A stretch of DNA of 64,000 bases, taken from Prasinococcaceae sp. CCMP 1430 (taxonomy: Eukaryota > Plantae > Prasinodermophyta). Positions within the stretch are counted from its first letter, which is position 1; each line of letters starts with the position of its first letter. Where the stretch lies: the NCBI GenBank assembly GCA_013416795.1, contig RQSC01001045.1:41312-105311 (forward strand). Reading direction: 5' to 3'. The position numbers were made by a program, and so were the translations under genes. Under the pieces are notes generated by a model that had not been told where the DNA came from, searched no databases, and saw nothing but the letters and a program-made list of their open reading frames with translations. This document shows, piece by piece, positions 11,052-19,362 of this stretch.

Positions 11052-11190
11052 TTGGACTGGGAGGTTTTCTCGCCGTCAGCGGAGCACCAGCCAGCGCAGA
11101 GATAGCCACAGCGCACCGCGGATGCGCACACGCGCTCTCCGCCCTCCCCGCCACACCGAGCGCCGCCATGCACTAAAATTCCTTTGCGAC

Positions 11191-14100
11191 CTAGCGTTTG
11201 ATGATTACGTGTAGTCTACATGGCCGAGCCAACGCGCGACGCGTTGATGGGTGTGCCTGCGTAGTGGTTGGGAGGGAACAGCCAGTTCTCGTCGCCAGCA
11301 GGGTGCCGCCGACACCCCCCCGGCCACCAGCCCGCTCCCTGGCATTTTTGAGGGCCTCGGCCATCCAGAAGTCGGCCCTGCGCTGCGCCTCCTCGAACGC
11401 GCGCTTCGACGCATCTTCGCGCCCGACGGCGCGCTGCGCGAACGCGTGGCGTAGCACGGCGATCTCCTTCTCGAGCGCTGAGATGACGTCGAGTGCCTCC
11501 TCGAGCGTGGCCGGTTTCATACCGTGCCGCGGCACGCTCAGCGGGCTAGCCCGCGTTGCCGCTCGCTCAATCCCATTCATGGTCACAGGCAGTCCCAACG
11601 GCGCCATGCGCGCGTTGAAAGTGCTCGGAAGTCCCGCGATGCCCCGCGCCGAGCTCACATCGCGGTTGTTCAGCGCCGCTGCAGGAGAGTTCGAGTTCGG
11701 TGCCCGTGGACCAGACGCGTACAGCGACGTGCAAGTGCCCTCGAGCGCCCTGTCACCCTTAATCTTCTCATGCGGCATCGACTGGATGCCTGACACCACC
11801 GCGTTGGACACCGACGCAGCAGAATGAAGCGTGCCACTGATGACTGCAGCTGCCGCCTTTGGCCGTGGCGGCGTGCCGGATGCCGCCTGTGAGATCTTCG
11901 CCCCGCCGACTTCGCCGAGCGGGCTGAGCAGCGCAGAGCTTTGCTGCGTCGCCGCGGCCAGGCGGCGCACGAGCGCTGCGGGCGGCGGAGGGGGCACACC
12001 CACCACGGCGCCACCGCCTGCAGTTTCAGTTCCTGCGGTAGGTGCAGCAGCCTTTGCTTGGCCCCGAAAGCGCACTTCCGCCTCCTTGCGCTCGCGCTCG
12101 CGCTCGGCGTCACGCATCTTGATGTACTTTGCGCGCTGCATTTGGCCCCGCCAGCGCGTGGCAATACGCGTCACAGCCGCCGACTGCACTGCCAGCAGCT
12201 CCTTGTACACCTTGCGCTGGCGGTGCATGCGGTACGTGGAAGAGATCTTGGTGCACGCACGCACGCGGGTCATCAGGAAGCTCTGCAGCGCGTCACTCTT
12301 CATGAAGATCTTTGTTCGGCCGAGCAGATACTCGCTCTCCTCAATCTCGAGCATCTTAAGGAGTCCGAGTACGAGCTTCTTCCCTTGAGCGGGCGTCGTG
12401 ACCTTGCATCCGGATCCCTGGTAGACCTCAGCGATGGACACGTAAGTCGCGCGCACACGATACACTGAGAGCTGCTGGCGTACCACGATGAGGTCCTTGA
12501 TGCCCGAGTAGCGCATTTGGCGCAGCACGAGCGGGTGGTCGAAGGAATCTGCGGACCGCTTGAGGTTGGGCTTGATGCATCGCACGAAGTGCAGCGTTGC
12601 TGCTGAGAGCGTCGTGCGCAGCGACGCCAGCTGTTTGGTGAATCGGGCCGCTACCGTGACCATGCGTTTGCCTTTTGTTTCCACAGCCTCGCCCTCGTCA
12701 CCCTTGAAGACCATAGACACGAAGGCCTTCTCTGAGCCGACGATTGTCTCCACAAGATCACTGCTCAGGACGTCTACGTTCTTCACAATGAAATCCGTGG
12801 TGTCGTAAGTGACGTCCGCGGCGAAGTGCTGGAGCACGAATGCGCGGTGGCCCATCCGCGGGTGCGCTTTGGCGAAGTGCTTCGTCCCGGCGACCACCTC
12901 GTGTACCTTTTGCGCGTACGAGTCGTCGGTCCCCTTGCCGCCGGGCAGCGAGCACTCCTCATGCAGCAGCACAAGCAGGCCCTTCGGGCGCTTCTCGATG
13001 AGGTCAATGCACGCCTGATTGTCAGTGAAGCTTATGTTCGCGACTGGCAGGTCTTCTTCGTCGAAAGCTTTCAACTCCAACTTGAAGAAGGATTGCAGGA
13101 ACTGCTGATGCAACGCCTCGTTTGCGTAGTTGATGCACAACTGCTCGAATGAGTTTTGCGCGCCCGTCGATTCGTCCACGCTCTCGAAGCCGTAGATGTC
13201 GAGCACGGCGATCTGCCTGTTGGCGTCGGCGTTGGCGCGCTTGCGCACGCCAGCTCCGCCACCGCCGTCGAAGCCGTCGTTGATGCGATGCACCAGCCAG
13301 TCGAAGAGGCGCTTGTACAGCGCACGCGCGAGCGCGTGTATGCCATCCGACGCTTCACGCACGCCGAGCGCCACCGTGGCGAACGACTCGCGCCGCCCGC
13401 CCGAGATCTTCTTCCTGGTGAGCCCCTCGGCCAGCAGGTCTTGTGGGACGCCCAGTAACTCAGCGGCCTTCCTCAGGCTCTTCATGGAACCTCTGCAAAT
13501 CTCCGAGTCGCCCTTGTCGCACGCGCCCGTGACCTTGACGTTACCCAGGTGCATCACGGCACCCAGCAATGACCAACAGTGTTCGACCTCAGCGGGCTCG
13601 AAGCCGAGCGCTTCAAACGCTTTGCACACTCTCTTGAAGTCCGCTGCGTCATCAACGCCTTCGATGACGGTAGAAGCAGGAATCGCCGAGAGATAGACGA
13701 AGCCATCCACGCCGTCGGACGGCAGCTCGAGGCGCTGCCGCAGCGCGTCGTCCGCGCCCCGGCAGAGCTGGTACATGATGTGGTAGTTGCGGTCGCCAGG
13801 CTGCTGAGAGGTCACGCGGCTCGTCTCGAGCAGGTAGCGGTGGATGTTGGCACCAATCACGCGCGCGCCGGAGGCGTCGTACTGCAGCTCGAAGAGCTTA
13901 CCGAAGCGGCTGGAGTTGTCATTGACGTGCGTTTTGGCGTTGCCGAAGGCCTCCAACAGGGGGTTGGACTGCAGAATGCGCTCCTCCACGTTGGAGCCGC
14001 TTTGCGACGACGCGCCGCCGCTGACGAGCACGGATCGAGCCATCAGGTAGCGCAGCAAGTGTTTCGTGCCCTCGGTCTTTCCCGCGCCTGACTCGCCAGA

Positions 14101-14643
14101 GATAACGACGGCCTGCGGCTCGCGCCTCTCGGCCATAGCGGTGTAGGCCACGTCAGCGACGCCGAAGAGGTGGGGCGGAAGGACGCCATCGGTGATCGAC
14201 TCGCGCCGCCCCTCCTTGCCCGCGTCGCCCATCATCGTCGCCTGTGCTCGCCCGCCAGCAGGCGCTGACGAGTACTTCCCGCGCTGGATGCTCGTCGAGT
14301 ACTTCAAGATCGCGTCCTGGCCGTAGATGCCAAGGTTAGTGTATGGATTGACTGAGATGAGCAGCGCCGAACATAGCGTGTAGATCTGGCCTTTGCTGTA
14401 GCGCGCCGCGACGTTCTCGAGCAGGGCGCCCTCGTGCAGCTCGTCCAGCCCGGACATGTCGGCGACGCCCGTCGGCGCGAGCCTCGACGCGGGTGCAACG
14501 TCGACAGCTCGCACGCCGGTGATGCGACCGCCGGAGGCGAGCAAGATGTCGGCTGTGCCACCACTGGTGCGCACCACCGCGCCACGCGCCCACGTGCCCT
14601 CATGCAGCGCGTACACCTGCGCGCCCGCCTCGAGTGCCTCCAT
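11191..14643 (-). CDS. Myosin heavy chain: N-terminal SH3-like domain, motor, 2 IQ-like motifs, low-complexity/short coiled-coil tail
   Basis: DMSGLDELHEGALLENVAARY, LISVNPY, P-loop GESGAGKTE, switch I NDNSSRFGK, switch II DIYGFE, FEQLCINYANEALHQQF, FVRCIKPN, YLLGRTKIFMK. Confidence 0.96.
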   Translation of the reverse strand: MEALEAGAQVYALHEGTWARGAVVRTSGGTADILLASGGRITGVRAVDVAPASRLAPTGVADMSGLDELHEGALLENVAARYSKGQIYTLCSALLISVNPYTNLGIYGQDAILKYSTSIQRGKYSSAPAGGRAQATMMGDAGKEGRRESITDGVLPPHLFGVADVAYTAMAERREPQAVVISGESGAGKTEGTKHLLRYLMARSVLVSGGASSQSGSNVEERILQSNPLLEAFGNAKTHVNDNSSRFGKLFELQYDASGARVIGANIHRYLLETSRVTSQQPGDRNYHIMYQLCRGADDALRQRLELPSDGVDGFVYLSAIPASTVIEGVDDAADFKRVCKAFEALGFEPAEVEHCWSLLGAVMHLGNVKVTGACDKGDSEICRGSMKSLRKAAELLGVPQDLLAEGLTRKKISGGRRESFATVALGVREASDGIHALARALYKRLFDWLVHRINDGFDGGGGAGVRKRANADANRQIAVLDIYGFESVDESTGAQNSFEQLCINYANEALHQQFLQSFFKLELKAFDEEDLPVANISFTDNQACIDLIEKRPKGLLVLLHEECSLPGGKGTDDSYAQKVHEVVAGTKHFAKAHPRMGHRAFVLQHFAADVTYDTTDFIVKNVDVLSSDLVETIVGSEKAFVSMVFKGDEGEAVETKGKRMVTVAARFTKQLASLRTTLSAATLHFVRCIKPNLKRSADSFDHPLVLRQMRYSGIKDLIVVRQQLSVYRVRATYVSIAEVYQGSGCKVTTPAQGKKLVLGLLKMLEIEESEYLLGRTKIFMKSDALQSFLMTRVRACTKISSTYRMHRQRKVYKELLAVQSAAVTRIATRWRGQMQRAKYIKMRDAERERERKEAEVRFRGQAKAAAPTAGTETAGGGAVVGVPPPPPAALVRRLAAATQQSSALLSPLGEVGGAKISQAASGTPPRPKAAAAVISGTLHSAASVSNAVVSGIQSMPHEKIKGDRALEGTCTSLYASGPRAPNSNSPAAALNNRDVSSARGIAGLPSTFNARMAPLGLPVTMNGIERAATRASPLSVPRHGMKPATLEEALDVISALEKEIAVLRHAFAQRAVGREDASKRAFEEAQRRADFWMAEALKNARERAGGRGGVGGTLLATRTGCSLPTTTQAHPSTRRALARPCRLHVIIKR

Positions 14644-15723
14644 CGCGAGCGCTGGAGGCGGATGCCGGCGTCGGCGCGCGCTATCGTGCCTGCCTTGTGC
14701 GTGACCGCAAGCCCCACCCGCCCTCTCCGCCCGCAGTCCGCCCGCAGTTAGCCGCCTCCACCCCCCGCCCCACCCGACCCCACCCCACGCGTGCGCGCGC
14801 GGGATGGCGCTTCCGCCGCGCCCGCCGCGAACCGGGCACACAAGAGCCGAGGACGCACGCGCACACACACACACACACACAGAGGGCACGCACGCGCATG
14901 AGGCACGACCGCACCTCCCCACCCCCACCCACACGCGCACAGGCGCGCGCACGTGCGCACAGGCGCGCGCTCGCGCTCGTCCCGCGCGCGCGGGGGAACG
15001 CCGCCGCTGTGCCCCTTCGCGCCGCGTTTTTCTTTTTTGTGCGCGCGCATTTCGACGCGGAAAACGCGCCGAAAAGGCGCGGCGGAAAAAAACCGCGAGG
15101 CAGCTGGCGGTGCTGCGGGGGCGGGGCGGGTGTGAGGGGCGCCACACGGCGCGCGGCGGCGGCGCGGGCACGGGCCATGGTGCGTGTGCAGCGTGGGAGA
15201 TTGCGCCTTCTTGACCCCTCCCCTCTTCACCACCCACGGGGTTCTCTCCCTCTGTGTGCGCGCGCGGGCGCGCGCGCTCGTGCGCGCGCTCTCGTGCGCG
15301 CGCGCTCTGTGATTTTCGCCGGCGCGCGCGCAGGGGCTCGCGCGAGCGCGAGCTCTTCGACGGCGAAATCCCCGCGCATCGCGCCGTCGCGCCCCGCGCC
15401 ACCATCGACGCCACGCGCGCGGCCATCGCGGCCCTGAGGGCCGGGGACGGCCGAAGGATCGGGGGAGGAGAGGGGGGGAGGAGGGGGAGCGAGGCACGTG
15501 CGCGCACTGGCCAGCGCTCCCGCAACGCGAAACCGAAACGCGCAGAGGAGCGAATATCGCTTTTTCAAAACCTCGAACCCTTTTTTGGTAAGCAACCCTA
15601 AAAGTATGAACCCTTATTCCGCGCCGCGCGCGCCGGGTCGCGGCGCCTCGCCAGGGTCCGATCCGGGGAGCGGGCGCGCCCCCATTGAAAACGTTTCCGT
15701 CGTTTCGACTGAGACTATGCCAC

Positions 15724-16611
15724 ATGGCTTATTTTGCGGAATGCCACAATCAAGATCGAAATGCGCGTTTTTGTGGTGGGCGACGGCGGCGCGCCGCGGC
15801 GGCAGCCGCCGCGGCGACTGCCACGGCCATCGCCGCGGCCGATGCCGGCGCTGAGGCGTCTGCCGCAAGCGTGCAGGCCGCAGAGCCCCAGGCGCCCGGC
15901 ACGCCATCCGCTGCAGCCCGTGAGGCGGATGGGGCCGCTGGCGCAGGCGATGCGGACATCGGCGGGATGGACGAGCTGGCCAAGGGGCTGGCGCGGCTAT
16001 TCGAGGAGACCGCGGGCGGCGGCGGCGGCAGTGGCGGTGAGAGTGGCGATGGAGGCGGCGGGTTTGCGGAGGATGACCTGATGCGCACGCTGCAGCAACT
16101 TGCGGAGGGCGCCGGCGATGGCGCGGCTGGTGGCGGCTCAGCGGACGAGGCGGACGCGCGCGCACTCGAGGAGATGCTCGGTGCGCTCGGCGCAGGCCTC
16201 GAAGGCGGGGACGGCGGCGCCGGTGGGGATGGCGCTGAGATGGCGGGGCTAATGGAGTCGATGATGCATGCGCTGCTGAGCAAGGACGTGCTGCAACAGC
16301 CCATGTCGGAGATTGCCGACAAGTATCCGCGCTGGATCGACGCCAACCGCGACACGCTGTCGGCGTCCGAGGTGGAGATGTACGAGAAGCAGCTCGCACT
16401 CGTACGCGAGCTGCTCGTGGTGTACGACGAGGCTCCCGAGGACATGCCGCGCATCGCCAGGCTCATGGAGGAGATGCAATCCCTGGGCCAGCCGCCGGAG
16501 GAGATCGTGTCGGATCTCGTGCCCGGGGTCGAGTTCCAGGACGGTGCGCCAGTGCTGCCCGACCTAGGTGCGCAGGCGGGCATGCCGCCAGGCGCGTGCA
16601 CCATCATGTAG
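15724..16611 (+). CDS. PEX19: Peroxin 19 (peroxisomal membrane protein chaperone); start uncertain
   Basis: MMESMMHALLSKDVLQQPMSEIADKYPRWI...YEKQLALVRELL.VYD...MEEMQSLGQPPEEIV, with a C-terminal CaaX box CTIM. Confidence 0.92.
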   Translation: MAYFAECHNQDRNARFCGGRRRRAAAAAAAATATAIAAADAGAEASAASVQAAEPQAPGTPSAAAREADGAAGAGDADIGGMDELAKGLARLFEETAGGGGGSGGESGDGGGGFAEDDLMRTLQQLAEGAGDGAAGGGSADEADARALEEMLGALGAGLEGGDGGAGGDGAEMAGLMESMMHALLSKDVLQQPMSEIADKYPRWIDANRDTLSASEVEMYEKQLALVRELLVVYDEAPEDMPRIARLMEEMQSLGQPPEEIVSDLVPGVEFQDGAPVLPDLGAQAGMPPGACTIM

Positions 16612-16783
16612 GCACGAGCGCGGCGCACGCACGGCGGAAGCGTCCTAAGCATTTTTGCACCCCTCGGCGATGCGGCACGAGCGTACTGTAGCAAGGATGC
16701 GAACGCGCAGCTGCTGCCTGGCGCGGCGCGACGGCGCGGATGGCATCGCCGAGTTTTGGTGTCATTGTTTACGCGGGGCTCCC

Positions 16784-17691
16784 CTACACCGCCAGCTCGT
16801 CCCACATCAGCGGGAGCTCGGGGCCCTGCACAATCTTGCGCGTGGCGCCATTCTTGTCGACAGTGACCAGCCTGGCGATGCCGCCGGACGATCCGTCGCG
16901 GCTCATCGCGTGGGCCAGCGCGTCCCGCACGAACGTCTCGCACTCCTCCCTGTTCATCCCCTCCTTGAACGCTTTGTCGCAGAACCCCCAGATGTACGTC
17001 GAACCGCTGCCCTCAACGGCGTACGGAACCTTCACCATGCTGCCGCCGATCGGCAGCGCATACACAACCCCACCCTCGTACTTGTCCCACCCAGCCACGA
17101 TCATGCCCGCCATCAGCATGTCCTTGTTGTTGTAGTTGATCGCCGCGCAGAGGTTGGCGCCGGCCGACACCGTCGGCTTGGAATCGTCCAGCGTCAGCGC
17201 GTGCTGCTCCATGTAGTTACGTACGTGATCGCACACGAGCTGCGTGTCTGCTGCTGAGCCCGAGCGACACAGGTACACGCTGCCCTCGATCAGCGGCGTG
17301 ACCTTGTCGGACACGCGGTTCGACACGTACTGTGAACGCCGACGCACGGACGCGCGGCGCGCGAGTGCGACGGTGCATGCGCGTCAGCAGCTGTCCTCGA
17401 GCGCGAGAGCCGCACGCACAGGGGCCGAGGGCATGTCTGAGCGCTAGAGCACCGAGCGAGCGGATAGCCTCTCTCCCTCGCACGCTCTCGCTCTTGCGCT
17501 TGCTCGCTCGCTCGCGCGCGCCGCACCGTCCCGGTCGTCACCCGCGAGTCCGCGCCGAGCACCACGCCGCCATCGAACATGGCCGCGACGATGGTAGTCC
17601 CCGTGGAGACGGCATCGCCCACCTTGGGCTGCGGCGGGATGTGCGGGTTCTCCCTCTCCGCGCACTCGATGTTGTGCTCGTCGACGTTCAT
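16784..17691 (-). CDS. PBA1: 20S proteasome subunit beta-1; intron 17330-17526
   Basis: Propeptide ending VSTG|TTIVAAMFDGGVVLGADSRVTTGT|YVSNRVSDK, CRSGSAADTQ, GSGSTYIWG, AMSRDGSSGG. Confidence 0.97.
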
Positions 17692-17749
17692 CGCCGCCGC
17701 CGCTCGCCCGGCGGCGAGGCGCGCGCGCTCGGCTCGCGCGCGCTCGCGG

Positions 17750-18029
17750 NNNNNNNNNNNNNNNNNNNNNNNNNNNNNNNNNNNNNNNNNNNNNNNNNNN
17801 NNNNNNNNNNNNNNNNNNNNNNNNNNNNNNNNNNNNNNNNNNNNNNNNNNNNNNNNNNNNNNNNNNNNNNNNNNNNNNNNNNNNNNNNNNNNNNNNNNNN
17901 NNNNNNNNNNNNNNNNNNNNNNNNNNNNNNNNNNNNNNNNNNNNNNNNNNNNNNNNNNNNNNNNNNNNNNNNNNNNNNNNNNNNNNNNNNNNNNNNNNNN
18001 NNNNNNNNNNNNNNNNNNNNNNNNNNNNN
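17750..18029. other. Assembly gap (280 N) covering the PBA1/PUX divergent promoter
   Basis: Run of n. Confidence 1.
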
Positions 18030-19237
18030 GGGCGCAGGCCGACGCGCGGGCGGTCAGCGCCGAGGCCGAGCGCGCGGCCGCCCTCGACAGACACCGCAGG
18101 GAGCAGGCGCGGCGCGACGCCGTTGCCGGGGCTGGCGGACGGCCCGCGAATGGGGCACTTGCGGCTGCTGAGGCGCGCGCAGCAGGAAAGCAGCCCGCCT
18201 CCGCGCGGCACAAGTCGCTCCAAGCGCAGGCGGCGCCGGCGCTGCAGAGAACGCAGGCGCAGGAGCAGCAGGAGCGCCAGCAGGCGCAGGCGCAGGCGCA
18301 GCAGCAGCAGCAGCAGCAGCGGGACGCACTGGGCGAGCCGCCTGCCAGCCTGGTCTCCTTCATCGTCAGCGGTGGAGATGGCGCGTCGGTACAGACGCTG
18401 CACAAGGTCTTCGCGAACATTCTCGCGCACCCCTCTGAGGCCAAGTACCGCCGGCTGCGTCTCACCAACCCCAAGGTGAACGAGCTCGTTGTAGAAGTCG
18501 ACGGCGGGCTCGAGACGCTCACTGTGGAGGCAGGTTTCGATGTGACTTTCGAACCCGATCCAGGCGGTGATGGCGAGCAGGGCGTGGCCACGCTGGCCGA
18601 GGGTGCAGACCTCGCGCCGCTCGAAGTTCTGTGCCGACACATGGAGGCCGCTCAGCCAGCTCTTCCCAAGGCGGCGCCCGCGCCGAGGAAGAGCGCGCTG
18701 GAGGCCCTCTCTGGTGGCGTTGGGCCGCGCCACGCCCGCGTGTACCGCCCGCCCCTCGATGGCTCAATGCGCGTTCCCGAGCTTCCGGATGGTTTCTTTG
18801 ACCTGACTGTGGCCGAGGCGCGCGCGGCTGCTGCAGGCGCCGCCTCGCGCCGCGAGGAGGCGTCGCAGCTCACCACTCGGGCGTACAAAGAGAGGCTCGC
18901 TCGGGAGCGCGCGGGCGGTGGCGCCGTGGGCGGCAGTGGCAGGCCGCCTACCACTCATGCGCTCGTGCGCGTGCGCTTGCCCAGTGGCATGCTTTTACAA
19001 GCGGTGTTCGGCGCGAAAGAGCCAGCGTCCTCAGTGCGCTCGTTCGTCGCCGATGCACTCCTCGACCCGACCACAGAATTTGAGCTCTTCATGCAGCCTG
19101 GGCGGACCACGCTTCCTGAGAGCAAGACTATCCACGAGGCGGGCCTGTGCCCGGCCGCGTTGCTGAACATGAACGTTGTGCGCGGTGGCGCGGAGCTCAA
19201 TGCGGAGCTTGGCGCGGTTGCGGAGCAGATGCCGTGA
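18030..19237 (+). CDS. PUB + UBX domain protein (PUX2/UBXN6-like p97/CDC48 adaptor); 5' end in the gap; contains a Gln-rich CAG tract
   Basis: PUB: VQTLHKVFANILAHPSEAKYRRLRLTNPKV...LE..GF. Linker ELPDGFFDLT..E. UBX: ALVRVRLPSGMLLQAVFGAKEP...VRSFVADAL. Confidence 0.87.
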
Positions 19238-19362
19238 CCAACGCCCACTGTGCACATCGACGGCGGTCAGCGCACGCGCTCGCTCGCGCACACCACACAT
19301 ACTGTAGACTACCTTCCTGTACACTGCGTGCTGATGATCGATTGCGCAGTCGATGGCACAAA

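Noticed and set aside
14644-15525. About 290-aa N-terminal extension of the myosin ORF
   Set aside because: Low-complexity Arg/Ala translation through CG and TG repeats, T-rich runs and probable UTR or intron. Homology begins at MEALEAG (14643).
17290-18733. ORFs spanning the N-gaps (also 52194-54437)
   Set aside because: They are artificially joined through X residues; the flanks belong to different genes.
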